From Candidatus Thorarchaeota archaeon (GTDB lineage: Archaea; Asgardarchaeota; Thorarchaeia; Thorarchaeales; Thorarchaeaceae), in NCBI GenBank assembly GCA_050124975.1, contig JASFEF010000004.1:1-55061 (forward strand): 55,061 nucleotides of DNA, read 5' to 3'. The position numbers and the translations under genes are program-made. The notes under the pieces are model-generated. The model ran no database searches. It saw only the letters and a program-made list of their open reading frames with translations, and had not been told where the DNA came from. This document shows positions 9,393-19,485 of this stretch, piece by piece (within the stretch, counting starts at the first letter, position 1; each line of letters opens with the position of its first letter).

Positions 9393-11054
9393 ATGGCACA
9401 GTTGTCTGGAACACCCGTCCTGATTCTAAAGGAGGGTACTTCAAGAACACGCGGTAGATCCGCACAGTCCAACAACATCATGGCTGGTATTGTTATATCA
9501 GATGCTGTCAAATCCACTCTTGGCCCACGTGGCATGGACAAAATGCTCGTGGACAGTCTGGGAGACGTGACCATCACAAACGATGGCGCTTCAATCCTGA
9601 AAGAGATAGATGTACAGCACCCAGCTGCAAAGATGCTCGTAGAAGTGGCGAAGAGCCAAGACCAGGAGACCGGTGACGGTACAACAACATCCGTCGTCAT
9701 TGCCGGAGAGCTCCTGAAGAGAGCACAGGAGTTGTTGGAAAAGAAGATTCATCCAACAATCATTGTTGGAGGTTATCACAAGGCAGCCGAACAAGCCACC
9801 AAGATACTCAAGGACATTGAAGTATCGATGGAAGGCACAGACAAGAAGATCTTGACTAGTATCGCATCAACATCTATGAACAGCAAGTCTGTTGTTGGTC
9901 AAAAAGACCACTTCGCAAAGATTGCCGTCGATGCAGTTCTTCAGATTGCTGAGGAGAAAGATGGCGGTGTCGAGGCGGACATCGAGATGATTGAGATCAT
10001 CAAGAAACAAGGCAAAGGCCTAACTGAAACCGAGCTGGTCAAGGGCATGGTCATTGACAAGGAAGTAGTTCATGCTTCAATGCCAAGGAAGGTCGAGAAA
10101 GCAAAGATCGCTCTTGTCAACGCTGCTATCGAGGTTGAGAAGACCGAGTTCGACGCTGAGATCAAGATTGATAGTCCTGAGCAAATCAAGGCATTCCTCG
10201 ATGAGGAAGAACGCATGCTCACACGTATGGTCGACAAGATTGTCGCAACCGGTGCAAACGTTCTCGTCTGTCAGAAGGGCATTGACGATGTCGCACAGCA
10301 CTATCTGGCAAAAGCTGGAGTCCTAGCAATCCGCAGGGCAAAGAAGAGCACACTTGAGAAGCTCGCTAAAGCCACAGGGGCAAAGATTGCCACAAGCCTT
10401 GACGAGTTGAATGGCGACTACCTTGGCTCTGCTGGAATTGTCGAAGAGGTCAAGATTGCTGATGACAAGCTTGTCTACGTCAAGGACTGCAAGGATCCGA
10501 AAGCTGTATCAATCGTTATTCGCGGTGGTACTGAGCACGTTGTTGATGAGGCCGATAGGGCACTTCACGATGCGCTCTGCGTTGTAAGAAACGTTGTAGA
10601 GGATTCAACATACGTTGCTGGCGGTGGATCAATAGAGGCTGAGATTTCCAGGAGACTGGAAGCATACGCCAATAAAGTTGGAGGTCGTGAGCAACTAGCA
10701 ATCGAGGCATTCGCAGAATCTCTACTAATTGTACCAAAGACTCTCGCTGAGAACGGAGGTCATGATCCCATAGATATCATTGCTGACCTGAATAAGGACC
10801 ACTCTAAAACCACAGGTATTTGGTTCGGGGTTGACGTGATGAAGGGCAAGACCACTGACATGATGAAGGCGGGCGTCATTGAACCAGCTAGAGTAAAGAG
10901 CCAAGCAATCCGCGCTGCTGCTGAAGCAGCTCAGATGATCCTCAGGATCGATGATGTCATTGCCGCTAAAGCTACTGCTGGTCCACCTCCGGGTGCAGGC
11001 GGTGGAATGGGTGGCATGCCCGGTGGAATGGGCGGAATGCCTGGAATGATGTAA
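9393..11054 (+). CDS. ths: Thermosome subunit (group II chaperonin)
   Basis: STLGPRGMDKMLV, TNDGASIL, GDGTTT, ILRIDD, C-terminal GGM repeats. Confidence 0.97.
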   Translation: MAQLSGTPVLILKEGTSRTRGRSAQSNNIMAGIVISDAVKSTLGPRGMDKMLVDSLGDVTITNDGASILKEIDVQHPAAKMLVEVAKSQDQETGDGTTTSVVIAGELLKRAQELLEKKIHPTIIVGGYHKAAEQATKILKDIEVSMEGTDKKILTSIASTSMNSKSVVGQKDHFAKIAVDAVLQIAEEKDGGVEADIEMIEIIKKQGKGLTETELVKGMVIDKEVVHASMPRKVEKAKIALVNAAIEVEKTEFDAEIKIDSPEQIKAFLDEEERMLTRMVDKIVATGANVLVCQKGIDDVAQHYLAKAGVLAIRRAKKSTLEKLAKATGAKIATSLDELNGDYLGSAGIVEEVKIADDKLVYVKDCKDPKAVSIVIRGGTEHVVDEADRALHDALCVVRNVVEDSTYVAGGGSIEAEISRRLEAYANKVGGREQLAIEAFAESLLIVPKTLAENGGHDPIDIIADLNKDHSKTTGIWFGVDVMKGKTTDMMKAGVIEPARVKSQAIRAAAEAAQMILRIDDVIAAKATAGPPPGAGGGMGGMPGGMGGMPGMM

Positions 11055-11072
11055 CATCAGACCACAACAATT

Positions 11073-11103
11073 TGGAGCCGCAAGGCTCCACTCAATTCTT
11101 TTT
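11073..11103 (+). terminator. Hairpin terminator after the thermosome gene
   Basis: TGGAGCC-GCAA-GGCTCCA (GNRA loop) followed by CTCAATTCTTTTT. Confidence 0.7.
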
Positions 11104-11120
11104 CAACGAGGTTCAATAGT

Positions 11121-11969
11121 GTGACCAAACGCGTCCTGCTTGTAGGAATGAATAGTTTTGAATCAGGAAAGACGCAGTTTGCGATTCAGTTGAGTAAGTC
11201 TCTTTCCGCAAGAGGACATTCTGTTGAGTACTTCAAACCACTGAGTGGGCACAATTACTGGTACAATCATGAGCACACAAGATTCTGTCTTGAGAATGGC
11301 ATCCTCGTGTCGAAGGATGCAATGACAGTCCGTGGATTCTTTAAGCCAAAGAGCCCAATTGAACTCGCAAACCCTGTCCACAGCCTTTTCGCACCAATGC
11401 GGGTTGAGAGACCCTTGCAGAATATGACAAACACCTTGGGATTAGCTGGAGCCAGTTCGATTCTCACAATGGAACGATTCAGCCGACCAACTGACTCCGG
11501 TATTGACACAACGGTGCTAGTTGCTCAGGGGCTTGTTGAGGAAGAGCGACTGATCATCAGGCTAGAAGAGGTTGGAATGCTCACAAGGGGTGCCGCTATA
11601 CTTCCAATCAGTGATCTCGAGGCAGTTCAGGAATATGAACGATTGAATTTTGAGGAACATGTGTCAGAGTCATTCACCGAGGTTGAGAAGGCTGCTGATG
11701 TTGTAATAATAGAAGGCTTCAATGATGCAGCATGGCCATGGGATGGTCTCGAAACTGTCGATACTGTTCTACTTGTCAACCCAGCGCATATCTTCTCATA
11801 TGATCCTGAGAGATTCAGAAAAGCCGCATACTTGATGAACCGAGGTAACCTACCAATAAGAGAAGTGACATTCAGGAGGATTTCTGACCTACTCAAACCA
11901 CTTAATCGACTGGAAATTAGACCCGATACCGAACTGACTACTGATGAACTTGAGCATCTTGGAATTTAG
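11121..11969 (+). CDS. Predicted archaeal P-loop ATPase/GTPase (dethiobiotin-synthase-like, COG4028-type)
   Basis: LLVG...ESGKT, FKPLSGHNYW, NPV, VIIEGFND. Confidence 0.7.
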   Translation: MTKRVLLVGMNSFESGKTQFAIQLSKSLSARGHSVEYFKPLSGHNYWYNHEHTRFCLENGILVSKDAMTVRGFFKPKSPIELANPVHSLFAPMRVERPLQNMTNTLGLAGASSILTMERFSRPTDSGIDTTVLVAQGLVEEERLIIRLEEVGMLTRGAAILPISDLEAVQEYERLNFEEHVSESFTEVEKAADVVIIEGFNDAAWPWDGLETVDTVLLVNPAHIFSYDPERFRKAAYLMNRGNLPIREVTFRRISDLLKPLNRLEIRPDTELTTDELEHLGI

Positions 11970-11998
11970 TTCCGCACAGGAAAGAAAGATATTCAGTA

Positions 11999-13000
11999 TT
12001 GAAGAAATCAGAATACATAACCGGGTTCAAAGACGGAGACATTAGATTGACAGAGGACTTGAACTGGGAACTCATTGTTATTGGTGGCGGCCCCGCTGGA
12101 ATGACAGCAGCGATTTATGGGGCACGATATGGACTCAAGACACTGCTTTTAGAATCCAAAGTCCTGGGAGGCGCCCAAGCCACAAGTCCAGGAATAGAAA
12201 ACTACCCTGGTTACACCTTCATCGTGGGATTGGATCTAGCAAATAAGATGAAAGAGCAAGTCAAGAAATGTGGAGCGTTCATCAGAGAGATCACTGAAGT
12301 CAAGAGCGTAAAGAGAGAAGGAGATGATGGTGACTTTCTCCTCGAAACTCGACGTGGAGTGTATCGAGCTCCAGGAATAATCTTTGCAACTGGGGGAGGT
12401 CATAAACATCTCAATGTGCCTGGAGAAGACCAACTTACTGGGCGAGGTGTTTCCTATTGCGCAACCTGTGATGGCCCCCTCTTCAGGGACAAGACTGTCG
12501 CAGTTGTGGGCGGTGGAAACACTGCAGTCACTGAGGCACTCTATCTCTCAGAAGTTGTTGGCAAGGTCTATCTCATTCATAGAAGGGATGAACTGAGGGC
12601 TGAGAAGATCATTCAGGATTATATTTTGAACTCCAGTGTGGAGATACTCTGGGACACGATTGTTAAGGAGATTCGAGGTGATGACCTTGTCAATGAGTTA
12701 CTTCTCCAAAACGTGAAAACCGGAGAAGAGAGAACTCTTCCAGTGGATGGCGCATTCATTGCTCTTGGGTCTAACCCAGAGAGCTCTCTTGCCAAGAGTA
12801 TTGGTGTTGCTACAAATGATCGTGGAGAGGTTATCGTTAACGCGAAACAAGCCACGAATGTCCCAGGAGTCTTTGCTGCAGGAGATGTTGTAGAATCGAT
12901 GAAGCAGATTGCAGTGGCTGTAGGACATGGTGCCATTGCTGCAGATTCTGCGTATTCATATATCAGAAAAATACAGAGAGGACCAATTGGCTACGCTTAG
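11999..13000 (+). CDS. trxB: Thioredoxin-disulfide reductase
   Basis: GGGPAG, GVSYCATCDG, GGGNTA, HRRDELRA, GVFAAGD. Confidence 0.95.
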   Translation: MKKSEYITGFKDGDIRLTEDLNWELIVIGGGPAGMTAAIYGARYGLKTLLLESKVLGGAQATSPGIENYPGYTFIVGLDLANKMKEQVKKCGAFIREITEVKSVKREGDDGDFLLETRRGVYRAPGIIFATGGGHKHLNVPGEDQLTGRGVSYCATCDGPLFRDKTVAVVGGGNTAVTEALYLSEVVGKVYLIHRRDELRAEKIIQDYILNSSVEILWDTIVKEIRGDDLVNELLLQNVKTGEERTLPVDGAFIALGSNPESSLAKSIGVATNDRGEVIVNAKQATNVPGVFAAGDVVESMKQIAVAVGHGAIAADSAYSYIRKIQRGPIGYA

Positions 13001-13126
13001 ACATTTCGAGTCAGCCTTAGGTAGTACATCCTTTGTTGTGGGGAAACGTTAATAACCGCGCCCATTTCCGATGCGTAAAGCGCTGAGTAAAATCTCAGTG
13101 ACATTCAGCTTGACTGTGATGTCATC

Positions 13127-14329
13127 ATGAAGAAGGTCAAAGTCGTAGCAATTGCATTCGCGATAACTCTAGTACTGATCACCTTTACAGCTCAACCAGT
13201 TGCGGCAGCTAGTCGTTACGATTCTCTTAGGTCATATGTGAACAGCAGATACGACGCTGTCAGGGGGGGCTACAACATTCCTGGCGAAGGAGTGGCAAGA
13301 GTTGACCCAACATATGGTGCAATTTCTGTAATGAACGAAACCGGTACTCTTGAGAACAGACCTCCGCCGGTTACGATTGTAGATGTTTTGGACTTCTTGG
13401 TGACACATCAATGGACAACAGGGAATCCGGATGATGAACCTAGATACGGAGGGTTTATGGAGTACCTTCTAGGACCAATTACGAACGGAGGTAACTACAG
13501 AGCTCTTGTCACATGGCAGACATTGAAAGCGCAGGATGACATCCCAGGGACAGAATCCTATGACATCAATGCCACGGCCAATCTAGTTTGGATAAATAAG
13601 ACGCAAGCCGATTCAGGAGGCTTTAGTGCAGACTCTGAAGGAACATATCCCGATCTGATATCTACTGCTTATGCGTTAATGTCGATCAGAATCATAGACA
13701 CAATGTATTCTCTTGAGAATGCATGGGACTGGCTACGGAATGAGACTGCAACGATTGAATATATTGAGAGTTGCAAGGATGGCGATGGTTACAAACTGAG
13801 TCCTATCTCAAACCGAGCGGGTGTCAGCGCAACTGCGGCAGCCGTGCTAGCGTACAATGCCTTAGACCCCCAAGCTTCAATCCCAGAGGCAGGGAGCATT
13901 CAGTCATGGCTAGCTTCCCGTCAAATAATGGATTATGAGGAAGAAGAACTGATTGGTGGTTTTGAAGAGGCAGTTAGTACTACTGACCCGAATCTAAGGA
14001 GTACATATTTTGCACTCTCAGCCTTGAATATTCTCAACACACTCTCTACCATCAACGCAACAGCAGCTGAGAATTTCATTCTTAATTGCCAGTCTGAAGA
14101 TGGCAGTTTCGGGATTATTCCAGAGCTTAGTACTGGAACCCTTGTCCAATCAGGATATGCATGTGAGATTCTGAACATGCCAGGTTTCAGTGGAGCGTAT
14201 GATAGCCTGTCGTCCTCAACAGACCCATATTCGAGTAGCGACCCAGGCTTCGAATGGCGTATGGTCCTTGTAATTGGAATCATTGTTGTGGCGCTCGTTC
14301 TTGCAGTTCTATCCGTGCGACACGACTAG
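13127..14329 (+). CDS. Secreted, C-terminally anchored prenyltransferase/squalene-oxidase-repeat (alpha/alpha barrel) protein
   Basis: Signal peptide (MKKVK-hydrophobic-AAA); repeats Q..SGGF / CQSEDGSFG / DLISTAYAL / NLRSTYFAL; C-terminal TM helix. Confidence 0.75.
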   Translation: MKKVKVVAIAFAITLVLITFTAQPVAAASRYDSLRSYVNSRYDAVRGGYNIPGEGVARVDPTYGAISVMNETGTLENRPPPVTIVDVLDFLVTHQWTTGNPDDEPRYGGFMEYLLGPITNGGNYRALVTWQTLKAQDDIPGTESYDINATANLVWINKTQADSGGFSADSEGTYPDLISTAYALMSIRIIDTMYSLENAWDWLRNETATIEYIESCKDGDGYKLSPISNRAGVSATAAAVLAYNALDPQASIPEAGSIQSWLASRQIMDYEEEELIGGFEEAVSTTDPNLRSTYFALSALNILNTLSTINATAAENFILNCQSEDGSFGIIPELSTGTLVQSGYACEILNMPGFSGAYDSLSSSTDPYSSSDPGFEWRMVLVIGIIVVALVLAVLSVRHD

Positions 14330-14397
14330 GTGATGCAATAGCTTTATCTCAACTGAGATTCAATCAGCACCGAAGGTCGTGTTAAATCGATCCTAGG

Positions 14398-15987
14398 GTG
14401 TATCAAATGTCCTACTCAGAGATAGATGATGATTCAATTCCTAGATACAAGCGTGGGTATGAGTGGTTCTCGCATCTAGCCAACTCTGAATTATCTAGAA
14501 GAGCTTGGAGACGACTTGGCATCTTCTCATTCTTTGATGCACCGTTTGCCGAGAGTGACCTCCTCTATCTTTCACCGAAACAAGTTATGCTGACAATGGC
14601 AAAGATGTCCAAAGCCAAAGAAGCTGGTCTTGTATTCGTTGTGGATGCCATGGAAAAGGAGGAGATGGGACTGAGTACCAGAGCTGGGTTTGACCAGTTT
14701 ATGGAGATTTTTGACGGTCTCTTTCCTGTTTCATCAAAGTTCTATTTTGGTCCCAAAGAATCTGATAGACTATGGTTGCATGAGTTTTCGTCTCTGAAAA
14801 TACCTCTCAATTGGCTTGTGAAGAGACCCGTGGTTTTCGCTGAGGTTTTATCTGACGCTTCACCGGTGGGTGAACGAGTCGGACCAGGAGATGCCTCCTT
14901 TGAGGACTTTGCAGGAATGATAGAAGTCCTTGTGGAGAAGCTCGGACCTCCTTCTCTCACAGAAGAGGTAATGGGTAAAATTAGAGGCACAGAAGCGAGT
15001 GAGTACGCAGGAGAAGCTGTTGGCATGATGACTGTGTTCATTAGTCCAGCGACTGCAGTATCTAGAGGAGTAAGATATCTGGGCAAGTTCATGAGCATGG
15101 TGAAGGACCGAAGAAAGCAGGAAGTCAAGGATGTCTATTCAGAGTGGACTGAGCGTGTAGAAAGAGGGTATTCTGAGGAGAAGCTGAAGAGATTCTTTGA
15201 TGCATCTCCTGATTTCGACTCTGGTCTTGTCAAGGCGGTTGCGTCATTCAAGCCAGTATTAGTCATTTTGGAAACTCGAGGAACGCTCTATGACTTGTTT
15301 CTCCCTCTAGTACTTCAACACCTAGTTGAAGAGATTGGATATATACCTCCTCACAGACGTCCGAGGAAGAAGGAGGATGGCAAGAAGAAGGGGAAGAAAG
15401 CGGAGGAGTGGGAGAGTGAGGCTCTCTCCTATGAATCAATAGAAACCATTGAGGATGGTGATCTCCCGCCGGTCACCGACCAGTTGATTCAATCTGTAAT
15501 GGACCAAGAAGAAGAAATCACCGGTCCCAAGTTGGACATCTCTGAGGATGAGTTTGAAGGAAAACCGGAAACCATCCTATTCCTTGATGCAGCTACACAC
15601 CTTTCCAAGTTCAATCGCTCATTCAAATTCGCGCTAAATATCCCAGAGAAATTTCCCAACATGTCTATTGCGGCATCATTCTTCACAGATCGAGAAAAGA
15701 TAAGTCAGGCATTGCAGGAAGGTGTTCTTGAATACATGAAGGAACGTGCGCTTATCTTTGATCTCCATCCTGCGCTCTTTGATATGGCAACTGCTCGTAT
15801 GCCAGTCTCCAAGAAAGCTTGGTTAAACGGCAGATTGCAGGAGATGGAAAAAATACGTTCTGAAGGAGAGGTGGCATTCCTTGAATTTTCAAGCTCTGAA
15901 CAGCCTGATTGGACTCTCCGAGTTGTGGACAAGCCAGAAAGTGAAGCTTTGGCGAAAATTCGAAGCTGGTTTCGTCGTGGAATCTGA
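14398..15987 (+). CDS. Hypothetical cytoplasmic protein
   Basis: 529 aa ORF with host-like codon usage; no family recognised. Confidence 0.75.
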   Translation: MYQMSYSEIDDDSIPRYKRGYEWFSHLANSELSRRAWRRLGIFSFFDAPFAESDLLYLSPKQVMLTMAKMSKAKEAGLVFVVDAMEKEEMGLSTRAGFDQFMEIFDGLFPVSSKFYFGPKESDRLWLHEFSSLKIPLNWLVKRPVVFAEVLSDASPVGERVGPGDASFEDFAGMIEVLVEKLGPPSLTEEVMGKIRGTEASEYAGEAVGMMTVFISPATAVSRGVRYLGKFMSMVKDRRKQEVKDVYSEWTERVERGYSEEKLKRFFDASPDFDSGLVKAVASFKPVLVILETRGTLYDLFLPLVLQHLVEEIGYIPPHRRPRKKEDGKKKGKKAEEWESEALSYESIETIEDGDLPPVTDQLIQSVMDQEEEITGPKLDISEDEFEGKPETILFLDAATHLSKFNRSFKFALNIPEKFPNMSIAASFFTDREKISQALQEGVLEYMKERALIFDLHPALFDMATARMPVSKKAWLNGRLQEMEKIRSEGEVAFLEFSSSEQPDWTLRVVDKPESEALAKIRSWFRRGI

Positions 15988-16030
15988 TTATTGGTAGCTC
16001 CCGCAAGAGATATAATCACCACAAGATATC

Positions 16031-16474
16031 ATGGCAAGTGAGTCCCGGAGGCAGAATGGATTGACTAAGGGTAACATGACGCAGGCAAGAGTACTCAAAA
16101 TCGAGAAGGGTGATACAATCACTTTGCCAGCGGAATTTGTTGACAAAATTGGTCAACAATATGGTCTAGCAATTCTCGTTGTCAAGGATGGAAATGTCAA
16201 GTTATATCCTGTTGACAGTAGTAGCGTGATGTATCTCAAGCTCGTCATTGAAAAGCTAAGCAAAAGCTTTCTTGAAGAATTGACTATGGTCTTTATGGAA
16301 GTTGGTCTGGAGGACATTCTGTTCACGAGTGGAATCTGTCAAGCTGCAGACGAATGTTTCTATGAATGTTATTTCACGCCCCAGCAATTGAATGTTGAAG
16401 TTAAGAAGCTGGAAGACCGTCTGCAGGGAATTACTGGTGTAAAGCAAGTCATGCTTCACGAAGTGCAGACTTAG
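16031..16474 (+). CDS. Hypothetical protein, AbrB/SpoVT-like N-terminus plus ACT-like C-terminus (start may be ATG 16076)
   Basis: KIEKGDTITLPAEF resembles a swapped-hairpin DNA-binding motif; the C-terminal half ends L..ITGVKQV, as ACT domains do. Confidence 0.55.
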   Translation: MASESRRQNGLTKGNMTQARVLKIEKGDTITLPAEFVDKIGQQYGLAILVVKDGNVKLYPVDSSSVMYLKLVIEKLSKSFLEELTMVFMEVGLEDILFTSGICQAADECFYECYFTPQQLNVEVKKLEDRLQGITGVKQVMLHEVQT

Positions 16475-16485
16475 TGTTGAGCATC

Positions 16486-17949
16486 ATGGCAGGTATTGCA
16501 GGTTTACTTGTCACAAGTGAAGACACCGATTCCAAACTCATGCTTCAGAAGATGTCAGAAGCAATTAGGCATAGAAGATGTGAAACATACCATGCAATAA
16601 AGCACAATGATGCTCTTTGCATGATTAGTGGACCTTCTTTATTTCAGGGTCCTGAAGATGACACCTTCTTCATTGACTTTAATGAGGATCTCATTTTCTC
16701 TGAAGAAACTCAAGATATTGTATCCATATCAGGAATATTCGGAGTTGTTGCAGTTATAGTAGACAACTCAGGAGCAAGTGTCCTTAGAACTCTCGACGGC
16801 ACACGTGCACTCTACTACGGAACATTCGAGAACGGTATCGCATTTTCATCAGAGAGGAAGAGTCTGTGGAGCATTGGTATCAAATCCGCGAGAGTATTGG
16901 AACCCGGTCAGGGGGTTACCTATTCTTGGGATGGAAAACTCACAATGGAGAGTTTCGCTACTCTTGAAAAACCCTCAAGAAAAGACGCATCACGAAAAGA
17001 AACCCTTGAAGTCCTACAAAATGCACTAACAAAATCTTTTGACAGAATTAACAGAAGCACTTCTTGTGCAGTTCTCTTCTCCGGAGGTGTCGACAGTTCC
17101 CTCGTTGCACTTCAGATGACGAACCGGTGTGCGAACACACACCTCGTGACTGCACGGTCAGAGGGGGCACATGATACTATTGCTGCAACTAGAGCAGCAT
17201 CCATTTTGGGATTGCCGCTCATCACTATAGAATTGAGTCCAAAGACAATTTGGGAAACACTCCCAGAAGTCATCTTCTCAATCGAAACAAGTAGACAGAT
17301 GGATGTAGAGATTGCACTTCCGTTCTATCTAGCATCAAAGAAAGCCGCTGAAATCGGTTGCACAACTGTTGTTTCTGGTCAGGGACCAGATGAGCTTTTT
17401 GCGGGGTATGCAAGACATGTCAGGACCTTTCTCGAGAAAGGGCCTGAGGTTTTAGCTGAGCAGCTGTGGAGTGAGGTGTCAGTCACTCATGATGTTAACA
17501 TAGAACGTGATGAACGCGCTATTGCCGCTCATGGGGTAGAGAGCTTCTTTCCCTATCTCGATCAAGAGTTCGTACATGCATCACTCTCGGTTCCAGTCGA
17601 ATGGAAAGTGAGTCCTGATGGATCACCCCAGAGGAAGGTCATATTCAGGGAGCTAGCTCAACTTATGGGAGTTCCTGAGGAGATTACCAGTGTTCCGAAA
17701 AGTGCGACTCAGTATAGCTCTGGGTCCGCAAAGGCACTTCTCCAGTCTATAATCGAGTATGTCAATGAGTTCAGTGGATTGAGTAAGAAGAAGGTGTCGA
17801 AACAAGTCCAAGATGTTCTTGATGAGATTGCCTATCAAATTCGGATGCCAACTGTTCAGAAGAGGGACAGGAAATTACGTTTAGACCTAGAATCAGTGAA
17901 TAGGTTTCTCGAAAAACTCGAGGGATCATCCACCAGCAATACGTGGTAG
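16486..17949 (+). CDS. Asparagine synthetase B-like protein lacking the N-terminal catalytic Cys
   Basis: MAGIAG instead of MCGIAG; LFSGGVDSS PP-loop, SGQGPDELFAGY, PYLD, K.ATQYSSG. Confidence 0.85.
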   Translation: MAGIAGLLVTSEDTDSKLMLQKMSEAIRHRRCETYHAIKHNDALCMISGPSLFQGPEDDTFFIDFNEDLIFSEETQDIVSISGIFGVVAVIVDNSGASVLRTLDGTRALYYGTFENGIAFSSERKSLWSIGIKSARVLEPGQGVTYSWDGKLTMESFATLEKPSRKDASRKETLEVLQNALTKSFDRINRSTSCAVLFSGGVDSSLVALQMTNRCANTHLVTARSEGAHDTIAATRAASILGLPLITIELSPKTIWETLPEVIFSIETSRQMDVEIALPFYLASKKAAEIGCTTVVSGQGPDELFAGYARHVRTFLEKGPEVLAEQLWSEVSVTHDVNIERDERAIAAHGVESFFPYLDQEFVHASLSVPVEWKVSPDGSPQRKVIFRELAQLMGVPEEITSVPKSATQYSSGSAKALLQSIIEYVNEFSGLSKKKVSKQVQDVLDEIAYQIRMPTVQKRDRKLRLDLESVNRFLEKLEGSSTSNTW

Positions 17950-18132
17950 GACTACAACACTGTCATTCTCCTGTAGCTGATAATCAAGACCAACTCGTTT
18001 ACCATCAATAAGGACAACGTGATCATTTGCAAGCTTCAACTCAACAAGAAGTTCAGCCACTGTCTTTGGTTCAGTGACTATGAATTTTCTTATGCGAGTC
18101 TTGCTGATTGTGTCTGACAAGTGTGTCACCAT
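17926..18132 (-). CDS. Ubiquitin-like sulfur carrier (ThiS/MoaD/SAMP family)
   Basis: 68 aa, TVAELL..L, VLIDG, LQEND.V...P.IAGG with C-terminal diglycine. Confidence 0.85.
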   Translation of the reverse strand: MVTHLSDTISKTRIRKFIVTEPKTVAELLVELKLANDHVVLIDGKRVGLDYQLQENDSVVVLPRIAGG

Positions 18133-18426
18133 AACCTCATTCTCTCGTGGGCTTATAGGGTTACTTCAATCAGCATCATGATAATTCGACAAAGCTCTAC
18201 TGACCCACCAGCAATCAGCGTTGTTCATTCAAGCAATTTATTATGTAGGGAGTTCACAGAGTGTCGTCATCCTCCAAAGGATGCAGGGAACATTCGATGA
18301 GTGTCGTAGATTCTTTGGGGGCCGGATAATAAGCTTCATAAGGGTGTTGAGGCCAAAATCGAAGAATAATCAACTGACGTATATGAGTTCGACATTTAAC
18401 GAATTAGAGAATTAATAATTGAGGAG

Positions 18427-19473
18427 ATGATTGGTATGGTTGGTATTGTTGGCTATGGAGTATACGTACCACGCTATCGAATTAAAACCACAGATATTGC
18501 AGAAGTCTGGGGAGACAGTAGTGGAAGAATTGGAAAAGGGCTTGGAGTTTTTGAGAAATCAGTACCAGGACCTGATGAGGATGTAGCTACCATATCTGTT
18601 GAAGCAGCAAGGAATGCTGTTAAGAGGGCACAAATTGATTCAACCGATATTGGTGCTATCTATGTAGGTTCCGAGTCACACCCTTACGCAGTCAAACCAA
18701 CTGGTACAATTGTTGCCGAGGCAATAGGCTGCTCACATGAAATGACGTGTGCAGATTATGAATTCGCATGCAAGGCAGGTACAGCAGCCATACAGACTAC
18801 AATGGGTCTCGTGTCATCAAAGATGATCAAGATAGGTCTAGCAATCGGATCAGATACAGCACAGGGTAGACCTGGAGACGCACTGGAATATTCTGCGGCT
18901 GCAGGTGGAGCAGCATTCTTGATTGGAATGAAGAACGTAATTGCTACCATTAATGAAACGGTATCATTCACAACTGACACTCCGGACTTCTGGAGACGTG
19001 AAGGTGAAGATTATCCAAGTCACGGTGCGAGATTCACTGGCGAGCCCGCTTATTTCAGACATGTTGGTGAGGGAGCGAAGTTACTATTCAAGAAGACAAA
19101 AACAACAGTCGACGATTACGATTACTTTGTCTTCCATATGCCAAATGGTAAGTTCCCAATCGCAATGGGAAGACAGCTCAATGTCCCACCGGAGAAGCTG
19201 GAAGAGAGTCTTGTTGTGCGCCAGATAGGAAATACATACTCTGGTTCAGCTATGATTGGACTTGCGAGACTTCTAGATATTGCCAAACCAGGTGAAAAGA
19301 TATTCATGGTTGCATATGGCTCCGGAGCAGGGAGTGACGCGTTCTCAATAACTGTTGAGGATGCCATTGAGAAACGACGTGGAGAAGTTCCAACCGTTGA
19401 CGATTACATTGAACGAAAGACGTACGTTGATTACGCAACATATGCAAAGTATCGACGCAAGATCAAGGGGTAA
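18427..19473 (+). CDS. hmgS: Archaeal hydroxymethylglutaryl-CoA synthase
   Basis: [19 protein letters not shown] (catalytic Cys), [23 protein letters not shown]. Confidence 0.95.
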   Translation: MIGMVGIVGYGVYVPRYRIKTTDIAEVWGDSSGRIGKGLGVFEKSVPGPDEDVATISVEAARNAVKRAQIDSTDIGAIYVGSESHPYAVKPTGTIVAEAIGCSHEMTCADYEFACKAGTAAIQTTMGLVSSKMIKIGLAIGSDTAQGRPGDALEYSAAAGGAAFLIGMKNVIATINETVSFTTDTPDFWRREGEDYPSHGARFTGEPAYFRHVGEGAKLLFKKTKTTVDDYDYFVFHMPNGKFPIAMGRQLNVPPEKLEESLVVRQIGNTYSGSAMIGLARLLDIAKPGEKIFMVAYGSGAGSDAFSITVEDAIEKRRGEVPTVDDYIERKTYVDYATYAKYRRKIKG

Positions 19474-19485
19474 GGAGGTATCACA

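Noticed and set aside
10990-11054. GGM-coding tandem repeat
   Set aside because: Ordinary chaperonin C-terminal tail.
18221-18415. 64 aa ORF upstream of hmgS
   Set aside because: TTG start, no SD, crosses the probable promoter region, no protein features.
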